DNA of 61,124 nucleotides from a virus. Lineage: Duplodnaviria; Caudoviricetes. Every line of letters begins with the position of its first letter. Positions within the stretch are counted from its first letter, which is position 1. Shown here in pieces: positions 38,864-48,114 of this stretch. The DNA lies in IMG/VR virus record IMGVR_UViG_3300047403_000141, positions 1-61,124 of that record. One strand, written 5' to 3'. Under the pieces are notes generated by a model, which was given only the letters and a program-made list of their open reading frames with translations, did no database searches and was not told where the DNA came from. A program made the position numbers and the translations under genes.

Positions 38864-38945
38864 TCGGCGGCCTCCGTGTGCTTGATGGCCTCGGCTCTGA
38901 TCATATGTGGCGGCCGACGGAACGCCCCGTCGGCCGCCATCCGCG

Positions 38946-39758
38946 TCAACGCCGACCGAGGTAGGCGGCGATGCCGACGGATTCGCTGATCTTCGATGCC
39001 ACCTCGGTAAACGCGGCATCCTCGATGATATCCGACCGATCGAGCTTGATTTGGAACGCCACGGCGCCATTGCCGACCCGGAACCGAATGAACACCGGAA
39101 CCGCGTACATGGCTCCCCGGAAGTAAACCGGAATGCCAAGCTCCATCTGCTCGGGAATGGGGCCGCTCTTGCCGGTCTGCGTCGTGCGCTCGTCATAGGT
39201 GAGCATCACGTCGCCGTTGGCCTGATATGTCACCGAGTCGAAATCGACCTTTTTCGAGGCTTTGAAGGTGCGCACCATGTCGAGCAGCGTCGCCGCCGAG
39301 GGCTTGCTGATGTCGCCGCGGTGCTCCTCAATGAATTCGGCGAACTCGGCTTGCTTCATCGGCTGCTGCGCGGCCTTGTGCCACCGCTGCCACTGCTCCG
39401 AGTAGCGCGGCAGGTAGGTGGCGACATGGGCGCAACGATCGGGTCGGTTCGGCTCGTGATAGTCGAGCACGGCCGTCACGTGTGCGGCCCCGTTCGCCAG
39501 AAAGCCGGGCTCGGCGAAAAGCTGGGTTGCCGCGCTTTTGTACCGGACGACATAGGCCGTGAAAGACGCCGCATCGTGCATCGTCACTGACTGGGCGATG
39601 CGCGGGAGCGGCGGCTCCAACGGCGCAACGCGCTGCACCATATATCCGGCCGGAATGACCACCATCTTGCCGCCGTCTGGCGTGTCGTGGGCTGGCGCGG
39701 CAGCAGCAGCGGCAGCCATCATGCGCTCGATCGCGTCCTTTTGCGTGAAATCCGCCAT
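38946..39758 (-). CDS. DUF2303 (YfdQ-like) protein
   Basis: SF..YV, AVLDYH, W..W, Q.EFAEFIEE and IPVYF motifs. Confidence 0.88.
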   Translation of the reverse strand: MADFTQKDAIERMMAAAAAAAPAHDTPDGGKMVVIPAGYMVQRVAPLEPPLPRIAQSVTMHDAASFTAYVVRYKSAATQLFAEPGFLANGAAHVTAVLDYHEPNRPDRCAHVATYLPRYSEQWQRWHKAAQQPMKQAEFAEFIEEHRGDISKPSAATLLDMVRTFKASKKVDFDSVTYQANGDVMLTYDERTTQTGKSGPIPEQMELGIPVYFRGAMYAVPVFIRFRVGNGAVAFQIKLDRSDIIEDAAFTEVASKISESVGIAAYLGRR

Positions 39759-39762
39759 GTGA

Positions 39763-40107
39763 TCACCCCCTCACCTGAATTGGATCGTTGCTCGTCGTCT
39801 CGACCTGACGGAGAGGCAATCTCGGCTGGCGCGGGTCGTCCCGCATGAGCGTGCCCTCGGGCGTGACAAAAAACGTGGTCGATGGGCGATCGTGCTCGGG
39901 AACGGACGCGTCCATTTTTGCGTCGAGTTCGACCGATCCCTTGCCGGTCGGCGACACCTTGATCGCCAGCTTGATCGCGCCGGCCTTGCGCGTGTCCATG
40001 CAGGCCCGCACCACATCGTAGAACTGGGCGGTCAGCTCGCGCAGGAAGATGCCACCCTCGATCTCCCCGAGCGTGTCGGTGAACGGTTTTCCTTCAAAGT
40101 CGGTCAT
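39763..40107 (-). CDS. YfdP-like partner of DUF2303
   Basis: FFVTPEGTLMRDDPRQ motif; adjacency. Confidence 0.75.
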   Translation of the reverse strand: MTDFEGKPFTDTLGEIEGGIFLRELTAQFYDVVRACMDTRKAGAIKLAIKVSPTGKGSVELDAKMDASVPEHDRPSTTFFVTPEGTLMRDDPRQPRLPLRQVETTSNDPIQVRG

Positions 40108-40255
40108 GTTGGTCTACCTCGGTTTTTTGAGCCTGAACGCGGCGCGACGATCACGTGAATGCCACCATTTCGGACTACATTTTCCCGGCGCATCGGTTTG
40201 CTTGGAGTCAGCGCCATGGACGAGTTCGTGAAGATCGGAGACGCCGCATCGGCGG

Positions 40256-40519
40256 TTATCGGTCGCCTGCGGACGCCATCTTGTGATCGCGAGGCTTTGC
40301 CTCTCCGAATTGAGAGCGCAGGCCAGCCGCCTTGTCGTTCAAGTGCTGGCGGATCTGCTGACAGACGCGGTTCCGCTCAGCCCACTCGCACCAGTCGGCG
40401 TGGATCGACACGACTTCGCGACGGCTGGTCGCCCCGTCGAGCAGCCTGATGGCCTCCATGGCCTTGGCGGCGATGCGCTTGGCGGAGTCCGGGCGGGTGT
40501 CAGGGCGTTCAGTGGGCAC
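40256..40519 (-). CDS. Hypothetical protein
   Basis: GTG start overlapping the rep stop; C-terminal DHKMASAGD. Confidence 0.5.
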   Translation of the reverse strand: MPTERPDTRPDSAKRIAAKAMEAIRLLDGATSRREVVSIHADWCEWAERNRVCQQIRQHLNDKAAGLRSQFGEAKPRDHKMASAGDR

Positions 40520-41303
40520 GGCGATTGAACCTCTCGCGCTCGGCAGCAACCCGCGCGGCCACGGTCATGGCCGACGCTGCGATCCCGTCGTCGATGGCCT
40601 GGATTGGCCGGCAAGCGGCGCGGACCTCCGGCCGCTTGGCGAGGATCGTGCGAGCGCTGGCGATGAACTTCGCGTCTGGATCGCGGGCAGTTCGGGAGCC
40701 CTTCCAGGCCCGGTAGGCGTCGACCAATGGCTCGGCGTCCGAAAGTCCGTGCTCCCGGCAGACCTTGCGCTTGGCCTCGACGGATGGCTCCCCACCCAAC
40801 CCCAACCCCACCCGAAGCGAAGCGATCCTTTCAGCCCCCACGTCGGCGACCACGGGATCCGGCGGTCGCAGATCGTCATCGACCTCGCGCGCAGCCACTT
40901 GCTCAGAAGGTGAAGTTTTAGACTCTTCACCCTCTGGGTATGGGTCTGGGGCAGTTGCGGAAACGTCTGATGAAACGTTTCCCGACCGTTTCGCCCTGAA
41001 CTTGCGGACGCGCTCCGTGCTGCTGTCCGATGTGAACTGTCGATTTGGCCAGTTGTGGGGCTGGAGTCGGGAGTCGGGTCTGATGTCAATCAATCCGGCA
41101 AGGATGAGATCGTCGATCCGACTTTGTGCGTCATGCGTCGAAATTCGAAGGGCAAACGAAACCGTACCGACCGGAGGCAGAACGCCGTCGTTCCGGCAGG
41201 CAAGCGCCAAAAGATTCACCCACGTCCTGAACAGCTCCGGGGAAAGGAGTTGCACCTTGGGGTCGTCGAGGATTTCATCGTACATCCGAAACCAACGGGT
41301 CAT
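40509..41303 (-). CDS. Replication initiator (replisome-organiser-like N-terminus)
   Basis: WFRMYDEILDDPKV...W..LL...NW..RQ..SD.STERVRKFR. Confidence 0.8.
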   Translation of the reverse strand: MTRWFRMYDEILDDPKVQLLSPELFRTWVNLLALACRNDGVLPPVGTVSFALRISTHDAQSRIDDLILAGLIDIRPDSRLQPHNWPNRQFTSDSSTERVRKFRAKRSGNVSSDVSATAPDPYPEGEESKTSPSEQVAAREVDDDLRPPDPVVADVGAERIASLRVGLGLGGEPSVEAKRKVCREHGLSDAEPLVDAYRAWKGSRTARDPDAKFIASARTILAKRPEVRAACRPIQAIDDGIAASAMTVAARVAAERERFNRRAH

Positions 41304-41917
41304 GTCCCGATCCTCTCGGCGACGCTTGGGCGGAACCTACGCGGGGCTTCGGACAGCGGGATTGCCACGCGAGCAGCCATGCTCAGAGCCTCATTAGCGC
41401 ACGCGCCTGGATCGCTGTATATTTCGCGGCCGGTGAACCTGATGATGGGTATCCCGGCCGACAGCAGATCGCGGTCTTTTGATTTATCTCTGAGCGCCTG
41501 CTCCGGCGTCCGCTCATGGAATGAATGGCCGTCACACTCGACGCCGACAATGCCGAAACGAGCAGCTCCAGAGTCGATGTACGCGACCAAGAAATCCATT
41601 CTAAATCTGTCGACATTAACCTGAGGAGCGGCGAAGTAGACGCTGCCTCTAGCTTCGTACTGATCGCGCACCCAATCAACAAAGTCGATGAGGCTCATGC
41701 CGGCAGGACCATATGATCCGTATGGGCTGAGCTTCAGGTGGACCATGATGGCGAGGCATAGCATGTCCTCGATTGGAGACTCGCAGTCTAGGGTTTCGAC
41801 CTGGAGTCGGCAGTCGGTCAGGTCGTTGGAGCAGATCGCGGACACAGCCGACTGCAAGGCGCGATAGACGTCGTCTGCGCGGGCTTGCTCCCGCGAACAC
41901 TTCTTCGTGCCCTCCAT
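41300..41917 (-). CDS. DUF559 / Vsr-like endonuclease
   Basis: ESPIE; RMDF; VECDGHSFH; RD..KD; IRFTGREI. Confidence 0.88.
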   Translation of the reverse strand: MEGTKKCSREQARADDVYRALQSAVSAICSNDLTDCRLQVETLDCESPIEDMLCLAIMVHLKLSPYGSYGPAGMSLIDFVDWVRDQYEARGSVYFAAPQVNVDRFRMDFLVAYIDSGAARFGIVGVECDGHSFHERTPEQALRDKSKDRDLLSAGIPIIRFTGREIYSDPGACANEALSMAARVAIPLSEAPRRFRPSVAERIGT

Positions 41918-42288
41918 CACGACGCCCTCCCGATGCGAGAGCGATACGCAATTCCGGCGACGCATCCTCGGGAGACCCGAAGCGACTTTGCTATGTCGCG
42001 CTGTCTAAGTCCTAGATTGAGAAGGTCTAGAACAGCCATGGTATTTCTCGATGTCATGCGCGGACGTGGGGATTTCACCGACCACAGCGTCCTTGCCGGT
42101 GGCATTGTCGGCATCGCCTTTTTTCCCGCCCAGACAAGTCGCCGAGTCGGGAATCCTAGTGCCTTTGCCCGCCTACGGACGACGCCTCTGTTATGACCGA
42201 GGAGTGCCGCGATTTCTTTGTCTGACATGCGCGACTGCCACAGCCCCCAGAGCTTTTGGTCATCCACCGTTTTCGATGTTCGATTCAT
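41917..42288 (-). CDS. Double-HTH protein
   Basis: SDKEIAALLG and RQRDIAKSLRVS. Confidence 0.65.
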   Translation of the reverse strand: MNRTSKTVDDQKLWGLWQSRMSDKEIAALLGHNRGVVRRRAKALGFPTRRLVWAGKKAMPTMPPARTLWSVKSPRPRMTSRNTMAVLDLLNLGLRQRDIAKSLRVSRGCVAGIAYRSRIGRAS

Positions 42289-42497
42289 GCCATGTCCTTC
42301 CGCGCCTTCTCGGCGATGCGCCGCACCGTCCAGGCGTGCGCCGCGGTCAGCTCGTCAGGGTCGGTGGCAATGGCGACGAGGGTGAAGCGGTCGCGACCGT
42401 CGATCGCCTTGTTGGCCGCAAGCTCGGCGGCCCACTTCCGCGTGCGGCTGTAATCGCCCGCCTTGATTTCGCCCGAGGTATGGGGTACTCTCATCAT
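42285..42497 (-). CDS. Hypothetical protein
   Basis: GGAG RBS; ATGA overlap downstream. Confidence 0.5.
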   Translation of the reverse strand: MMRVPHTSGEIKAGDYSRTRKWAAELAANKAIDGRDRFTLVAIATDPDELTAAHAWTVRRIAEKARKDMA

Positions 42498-42606
42498 TGC
42501 CTGACTCCGATGTTGACTGTTGGTTTTGCGTAACAGTGCGAGTCCGTCACGTCGGAATGCCATTCCCCTGGCGCCCGCTGGTTAGCCCCTGGCGGGCGCT
42601 GCCTTT

Positions 42607-43197
42607 TCAGGCCGGCTCCTTGGCGAAATTCACCTGCTGAACGTTGGCCATGATCCGCTGTGGCTTGCGGCGCCATCCGTCGTTGCTCTCGGGATCCGCC
42701 ACGCGCGTCGTCACGTAGGCCCGTCTCACGTGAAACTCGCAGTAGGGTTTGCCTTCCACCTTCCCCTTGCCGCAGAAATGGAAGTCCGGAGCCCGCGGGT
42801 CTCCGATCGGCCAGCGGCAGTGGCGTGGCTCCAAGTCTTCGAGCGACTTGCGCTCAGCCGGCGGGATGACGAGTTCTTCGGAGGCGTCGGGGAGCGGGCG
42901 TGCGTTGCTCTCTCCGCCTGGAATGCCCGCCTTGACGGTCTTGCCGAGAACCATACGTTCGAGATGGGAGACGGCGACACCCATATGCCGGCCCGGGGAG
43001 CGTACGAGGTCACTCCGCGGCCGTGGGCTATGCATCCTGCGAGACAGCCCGAGGCGCGTGGGAAGCCCGAGGCGTGACGCCTTCCCGATAACGGCGTTGC
43101 GGGTGACGCCGCCGATCTTCATCGCGATCTTGCTCGCGCTCTCGCCGTCTGCCCAGAGCTTCTTGAGCGTCTCGACACGATCATCTGACCAGTTCAT
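42607..43197 (-). CDS. gcrA: GcrA cell-cycle regulator homologue
   Basis: MNWSDDRVETLKKLW..G.SAS.IA...TRNAVIGK; CRWPIGDP; FCG; PYCEFH. Confidence 0.93.
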   Translation of the reverse strand: MNWSDDRVETLKKLWADGESASKIAMKIGGVTRNAVIGKASRLGLPTRLGLSRRMHSPRPRSDLVRSPGRHMGVAVSHLERMVLGKTVKAGIPGGESNARPLPDASEELVIPPAERKSLEDLEPRHCRWPIGDPRAPDFHFCGKGKVEGKPYCEFHVRRAYVTTRVADPESNDGWRRKPQRIMANVQQVNFAKEPA

Positions 43198-43271
43198 AGG
43201 CAAACGGTCTCGGCCGGCTGGTACGCAGGCACGCGGGAACGCTGAACACTGTTAGATCTTGACGGCTCGGC

Positions 43272-43553
43272 TTACGCCGTCGTGCGACGTGCTCGTCGGC
43301 CGTCCAAGTCTGGCGGGATCATTCCGAGCAACCGCCAATCGTCCTCTGTGCGATCGAAAAGGGCGGGGTTCGCCGACTTCCCGAGCTTCCGGACGACGAT
43401 GCAAACTTGCAGATGCCGCGATGGCGGTATGAACCCCCTCAAACGCCAGTTGCAGACGGCCTGCGGCGATAACTCTGGCAACGCCGCAGCGGCACCGCTT
43501 GGGCCGTCGAGCGCGTCGAGCAGTTCGTCGAGCGTGTTGATGTCGTAGCGCAT
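43272..43553 (-). CDS. Cro-like HTH protein
   Basis: SPQAVCNWRLRGFIP; divergent from the repressor. Confidence 0.8.
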   Translation of the reverse strand: MRYDINTLDELLDALDGPSGAAAALPELSPQAVCNWRLRGFIPPSRHLQVCIVVRKLGKSANPALFDRTEDDWRLLGMIPPDLDGRRARRTTA

Positions 43554-43560
43554 GTCGGTG

Positions 43561-43589
43561 ACATTATTCACTGATGGTGTATTCGTCAA
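43561..43589 (-). promoter_or_regulatory. Cro promoter with a 17-bp operator
   Basis: TTGACG-17 bp-TAATGT on the minus strand; ATTCACTGATGGTGTAT at 43566-43582. Confidence 0.75.
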
Positions 43590-43648
43590 TTGCATCGCCG
43601 ACACCTCCCGTGGATTTCTTCAATCTGCAAGTTGGTGTAGGACGGCCC

Positions 43649-44005
43649 ATGGCCATCGCTAAGAAAGCTCGCAAGGCGGCCCAGCCGCGCGGTGTGCGTG
43701 CCGCGCGCGCCGACGCTAGCGCGGCGCTCCGACAGTCTGTTGGTAAGAATCTTCGAGCTTTGCGCGATGTTCTTGGTTTGGCGCAAAAAGAGTTCGGAAG
43801 TCGCGCAGGTCTCGCCCCGAACACCTACAATATGATTGAGAACGGGGCTAAGTTGCCATCCGTATCCGTTGCCATTGCAATATGCGATGCGCACGGCGTT
43901 ACTCTGGACTACATCTATCGTGGCGACGCTAGCGACCTAGCCGCACCAATCCGGCGTGCTCTCGAAGCTATCACAATCGCTCGATTAAACAACGGCGATG
44001 GTTGA
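43649..44005 (+). CDS. CI-like XRE repressor lacking a peptidase domain
   Basis: LRALRDVLGLAQKEF...YNMIENG...VTLDYIYRG. Confidence 0.88.
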   Translation: MAIAKKARKAAQPRGVRAARADASAALRQSVGKNLRALRDVLGLAQKEFGSRAGLAPNTYNMIENGAKLPSVSVAIAICDAHGVTLDYIYRGDASDLAAPIRRALEAITIARLNNGDG

Positions 44006-44185
44006 TAAGTCGGCTCGGTATCTATCGCTAGTTGTTTTTTCGCTGCTCGCAACGGCGTGCGCCGGCTCTGGATACCTTCACAGCGCAACGACCGGCAGTT
44101 GGGCACCTCCTCCCGGCACACGCCTTCCCGGCATCGATTGATCTCGGCGACAGAGTGCCGCGGCCCTACACGTCATGGCGAAATT

Positions 44186-44239
44186 GTTCACTGGCAGTGA
44201 ATTTTTACGCTTGACCTATACACTGATGGTGAATTAACT
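44186..44239 (+). promoter_or_regulatory. Early promoter with two 17-bp operators
   Basis: TTGACC at 44211; GTTCACTGGCAGTGAAT 44186-44202; ATACACTGATGGTGAAT 44218-44234. Confidence 0.75.
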
Positions 44240-44336
44240 TCTCCCCATCACCGAGGGCGCTCCGCCGACCGGCAAGCCCCTCTCCTCACCGGATCGGATG
44301 GGACGCTCTCGGTGATGGCAAATTGGGGGATGAAGA

Positions 44337-44636
44337 ATGATCAGCAACGGTGACTACGTGATCGTGCGCAGCAGCCCGTCCGGTTGCTGGGCAGGGACCA
44401 TGACAGTGCGAGACGGAACCACGGTGCATCTCATTGATGCGCGTCGTCTGTGGCGGTGGTGGGCAGCGAAGGGAGTGAGTCTGAGCGGCGTGGCGGCCCA
44501 TGGCCTGCATCCAAAAAAGCTAGGCGAGTGCCGCATTGCGGCGCCGGTTGAGGTCATCGTTTTCGAGGTCTGTGAAATTATGGCTGTGACTCCGGAGGCT
44601 CGCGCCAGCATCGAGGCAGCGGAGGCTAAGCAATGA
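44337..44636 (+). CDS. DUF6948-like small protein
   Basis: VIVR...G.W.G...V.L..ARRLW.W...SLS.VA..G. Confidence 0.75.
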   Translation: MISNGDYVIVRSSPSGCWAGTMTVRDGTTVHLIDARRLWRWWAAKGVSLSGVAAHGLHPKKLGECRIAAPVEVIVFEVCEIMAVTPEARASIEAAEAKQ

Positions 44637-45055
44637 GTGCGCGAAACGGCTCCGGCTCCGGCTCCGGCGACGGCTCCGGCTACGGCTACGGCTACGGCGA
44701 CGGCTCCGGCTCCGGCTCCGGCGACGGCGACGGCTACGGCTACGGCTACGGCTACGGCGACGGCGACGGCTACGGCTACGGCTACGGCTACGGCGACGGC
44801 TCCGGCTCCGGCTACGGCTCCGGCTACGGCTACGGCTACGGCGACGGCTCCGGCTCCGGCTCCGGCGACGGCTACGGCTACGGCTACGGCTACGGCTACG
44901 GCTACGGCTACGGCGACGGCGACGGCTACGGCTACGGCTACGGCTACGGCGACGGCTCCGGCTCCGGCTCCGGCGACGGCTACGGCGACGGCGACGGCGA
45001 CGGCTCCGGCTCCGGCTACGGCGACGGCTCCGGCGACGGCGACGGCAGGGGGTGA
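44633..45055 (+). CDS. Glycine-rich (Gly-X)n protein, X = Y/S/D
   Basis: Hexamer repeats GGCTAC/GGCTCC/GGCGAC; GGAGG RBS; ATGA overlap. Confidence 0.75.
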   Translation: MSARNGSGSGSGDGSGYGYGYGDGSGSGSGDGDGYGYGYGYGDGDGYGYGYGYGDGSGSGYGSGYGYGYGDGSGSGSGDGYGYGYGYGYGYGYGDGDGYGYGYGYGDGSGSGSGDGYGDGDGDGSGSGYGDGSGDGDGRG

Positions 45056-45417
45056 AAGCAATGTGGACCGAATTCGCCGACCGCTGCCTCGACGCGAGGC
45101 TGACTCATTCGAGGCCCGAGCGCGGGCGGTTCACCTTCGAGGACGCGCAGCTTCACGTCGTGCCGCAGCACGGCGACGCCCCGATCGGCCTCGCCACCTT
45201 CATGACCGGCGAGGCCGAGGTCGATGCGCGCGGAGCCGTCACGCTGATCGAGCTGCACCAGCATTACAGCCGGTCGAACGGCGTCGTCGCCGTCACCGGC
45301 TTGCCCTGGGTGGTGCCGGTCGGTCACGAGCTGCACGCCCTGATCGCGGCGTCGCTCCGGATCACGCATGGGCGGGCCATCGACGCGGCGACTGCTGCGC
45401 ATTGGGAGGCCGCGTGA
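45052..45417 (+). CDS. Hypothetical protein
   Basis: GTGA and TGATG coupling. Confidence 0.6.
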   Translation: MKAMWTEFADRCLDARLTHSRPERGRFTFEDAQLHVVPQHGDAPIGLATFMTGEAEVDARGAVTLIELHQHYSRSNGVVAVTGLPWVVPVGHELHALIAASLRITHGRAIDAATAAHWEAA

Positions 45418-45677
45418 TGCACATCGATTTCCACGAGGCGAAGGTCGCTGTGGCGCGACACGCGCCGGACAACGGCAACGCGATCACGCTGCGCGTCGAG
45501 CATCTCTACGGGTGCTCGGAGGTGACCTTGTACGGGCTGCCTGCCGCGCAGACGGCGGCGCTCGTCGAGTGCTTCGGCATGAGCGGCACGGGCGACGGCT
45601 GGCTGGTGCGCGATTTCCGCGCCCGCCGGGCCTTGGAGAATTCGGAGCGGCAGGGGGCAACAGCCGTCTCCGGATAG
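45417..45677 (+). CDS. Hypothetical protein
   Basis: GGAGG RBS; TGATG overlap. Confidence 0.6.
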   Translation: MHIDFHEAKVAVARHAPDNGNAITLRVEHLYGCSEVTLYGLPAAQTAALVECFGMSGTGDGWLVRDFRARRALENSERQGATAVSG

Positions 45678-45747
45678 CGGGGAGGCCGGGAGGGGCGCGG
45701 GAATCGCCCTTCCCGGCGCCTCGAATGAGTGTGGGCATGACGACGTT

Positions 45748-45851
45748 GCGGGCGTGGCGGAACGGTAGACGCGCCGGTCTTAAAAACCGGGTCGATGAGG
45801 TGGGTATACAGCCCGCCTCTCTTGCGGGTTCGATGCCCGCCGCCCGCACCA
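45748..45851 (+). tRNA. tRNA-Leu (anticodon TAA) with an extra-long variable arm
   Basis: Acceptor GCGGGCG/CGCCCGC-A-CCA; D-loop GG; CCGGT-CTTAAAA-ACCGG; T-arm GCGGG-TTCGATG-CCCGC. Confidence 0.88.
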
Positions 45852-45951
45852 CCGTTTCGAGTGTGACGATGGCAGAGGATGTGATCGCGAGCCTGTTGGC
45901 ATTGGGCGCAGTTCTCGCGGGGTGCTGGTTGCTGATGAATGGAGGGGTTTG

Positions 45952-46845
45952 ATGGGGCTCGACGATGCGATTTCTGCCGGCGGTGAAGATCGCCCTGGGG
46001 ATGGCCGTGCTCTCGGGTCTGGCCATGGTGATCGGAGCCGGAGCGGCAGCGCTGATGTGGTGAGGCTTCCGCAGCGCAAGGTCACGCTGCCGTCGGCGGC
46101 GGCTTCCGAAGCCGTGTCGCTGCTCGGAATGATCGAGCGCGCCGCGGCCGACCCGAGCCTCGATCTCGACCGTCTCGAACGCATGTATGCGATGTACGAG
46201 AAGGCGACGGCGCGCGCCGCGCGCAGCGCTTACATCGCGGCGGTTGCCAAGGCGCGCGCCGATATCCCGACGCTGATCAAGCGGGGGATGATCACGACCA
46301 ACGAGAAGGACGCCCGCGGCAACAAGACGGGCCAGAAGGTGGCGCAGTCCAAGTTCGTGAAGTGGGAGGACATGGTCGAGGCCATCAACCCGATCCTCGA
46401 AGCGAATGGCCTCCTGCTGACCTTCCGGACGTCCCAGGAAGCTCTCGACCGCGTTTCAGTGTCAGCCGTTTTGGCCCACGTCGACGGCCATGAGGAGCAG
46501 TCGCAGATGGCGCTGCCGATCGAGAACGGCGGCTCCAAGAACAACGCGCAAGGTTGGGGTTCATCGGTTTCCTACGGCAAACGCTACACGGCGTCGGCGC
46601 TGCTCAACCTCGTCGGCCGGGACGAAGACAACGACGGCCGCGGCGCGTGTGTCGACGAGGACCAGCAGGGCGCTTTGATGAAGCGCATCGGCGAGGTCGG
46701 GCAGGACATCGACGGCTTTCTGACGCTGCTCGGCGTGCCGAGCCTTTCCGACCTGCCGGCGTCGTCGTTCCAGACCGCCATGAACCTGCTCAACGCCAAG
46801 GCCCGAGCCAAAGCCAGCAAGGCGGCCGAGGGAGGCGGGCAATGA
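45952..46845 (+). CDS. ERF-family ssDNA annealing protein
   Basis: H..G..E; QGWGSSVSYGKRY; DEDNDG. Confidence 0.9.
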   Translation: MGLDDAISAGGEDRPGDGRALGSGHGDRSRSGSADVVRLPQRKVTLPSAAASEAVSLLGMIERAAADPSLDLDRLERMYAMYEKATARAARSAYIAAVAKARADIPTLIKRGMITTNEKDARGNKTGQKVAQSKFVKWEDMVEAINPILEANGLLLTFRTSQEALDRVSVSAVLAHVDGHEEQSQMALPIENGGSKNNAQGWGSSVSYGKRYTASALLNLVGRDEDNDGRGACVDEDQQGALMKRIGEVGQDIDGFLTLLGVPSLSDLPASSFQTAMNLLNAKARAKASKAAEGGGQ

Positions 46846-47480
46846 TCGAGCAGGGAACGCCAGAATGGCACGCGCTCCGCTGTGGCAAGCTCACGTCGAG
46901 CCGCATCGCCGATATCGTGCGGCGCACGCGGAACGGGTTCAGCGCCACGCGCGAGCGCTGCCTTGGTGATCTGGTGGCCGAGCGCCTTTCCGGCGTCCAG
47001 GCCCCAGGGTTCGAGTCTCCCGACATGCGGTGGGGCAAAGAGCACGAAGCAAGCGCGATCGCGCTCTATGCCTTCATGCACGACGCGAGCCCGGAGAAGG
47101 TAGCGTTCGTCGATCATCCGACGATTGCCATGGCTGGCGCGTCGCCGGATCGACGGGTCGGCGCCGACGGCCTTGTCGAGGCGAAGTGCCCAGCGACCCA
47201 CACGCACATCGCGACCTTGCGCGGCGGAGCGATCGACTCCGACTACCTGACGCAGATGCAGTGGCAGATGGCCTGCGACGGCCGGCAGTGGTGCGACTGG
47301 CTGAGCTACGACCCGCGGATGCCCGAGGACATGCGCCTCGTTGTCCGACGGGTGCGTCGCGACGAGGTCCGCATCGCCGAGCTCGAGGCGGCGGCGCGCG
47401 TCTTTCTCGCCGAGGTCGACGAGGCCGTTGCCGATCTGATGCGCCTCTACAGGTCGCCATTGGCCGTTGCAGCGGAGTGA
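46842..47480 (+). CDS. YqaJ / lambda-exonuclease family protein
   Basis: QGTPEW..RCGKLTSS; WG..HE; GASPD; EAKCP; QMQWQM. Confidence 0.93.
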   Translation: MIEQGTPEWHALRCGKLTSSRIADIVRRTRNGFSATRERCLGDLVAERLSGVQAPGFESPDMRWGKEHEASAIALYAFMHDASPEKVAFVDHPTIAMAGASPDRRVGADGLVEAKCPATHTHIATLRGGAIDSDYLTQMQWQMACDGRQWCDWLSYDPRMPEDMRLVVRRVRRDEVRIAELEAAARVFLAEVDEAVADLMRLYRSPLAVAAE

Positions 47481-47485
47481 CGCCC

Positions 47486-47836
47486 ATGTCCGTCCCGAAG
47501 AACCAGACCACGGCCTATGCGGCGTACCAAGCTCGTCGAGCGCAGGTCATCGAGATGGTGTCGTGTGGCGCCACCTATCACGAGGCGAGTAACGCCTACG
47601 GTGTCGCCGTGGAGACGGTGCGCGGCTGGTGCCAGACGGCGGGCGTCGTTCTGACGAAGGACGCGCGATCCCGGTCTCGGCGTGGTCATGTGCGCACACC
47701 AGACGACCGCATTCGCGACCTCTATCGCCGGCGCACGACGGAGTTTGGCGGGGATGTCGGCGACCGCAGCGTCGCGGCTCTGGTCGCCCGCGAGCTCGAC
47801 CTGACTGAGCGCGAGGTGATGGAGGCGGTGCGATGA
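47486..47836 (+). CDS. HTH-containing protein
   Basis: GATYHEASNAYGVAVETVRGW. Confidence 0.65.
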   Translation: MSVPKNQTTAYAAYQARRAQVIEMVSCGATYHEASNAYGVAVETVRGWCQTAGVVLTKDARSRSRRGHVRTPDDRIRDLYRRRTTEFGGDVGDRSVAALVARELDLTEREVMEAVR

Positions 47837-48060
47837 TCGCCGAGGCTATCGAACGTGCCGGGCGGGCCAACTCCGATCTTCTGAGCGCCCTGGAGCGCCT
47901 TCAGACGACGGAGCGCGTGAACGACAAGCTGGTTTTGTCGACGGCGTTCCGGGCGTTGCAGCGCTGCCAGGGAGCGGAGGGGCTGAGCCCGTCCGCCCGG
48001 CAAGAGGTGCGATCGGCTTTGAGAATGTGCCGCGCGGCGTTGGGGTTGTCGGACGAATGA
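47833..48060 (+). CDS. Hypothetical protein
   Basis: ATGA coupling; GGAGG RBS. Confidence 0.55.
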   Translation: MIAEAIERAGRANSDLLSALERLQTTERVNDKLVLSTAFRALQRCQGAEGLSPSARQEVRSALRMCRAALGLSDE

Positions 48061-48114
48061 CGTCGGCGTCGGCTGAGAGGAATCGGCGGGCATCCCGTCC
48101 GCTATGGAGAGAAC

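Noticed and set aside
39720-39758. MADFTQKDAIERM as another RDRII tag
   Set aside because: Weak match in an early non-virion gene; probably chance
44648-45046. Repeat array as CRISPR or other non-coding repeat
   Set aside because: Continuous hexamers with no spacers and no cas genes; it reads as a coupled Gly-rich CDS
44354-45677. ATATAP and AVAVAG ORFs over the repeat
   Set aside because: These are open only because the hexamers contain no stops; the GX frame has the RBS and start/stop coupling
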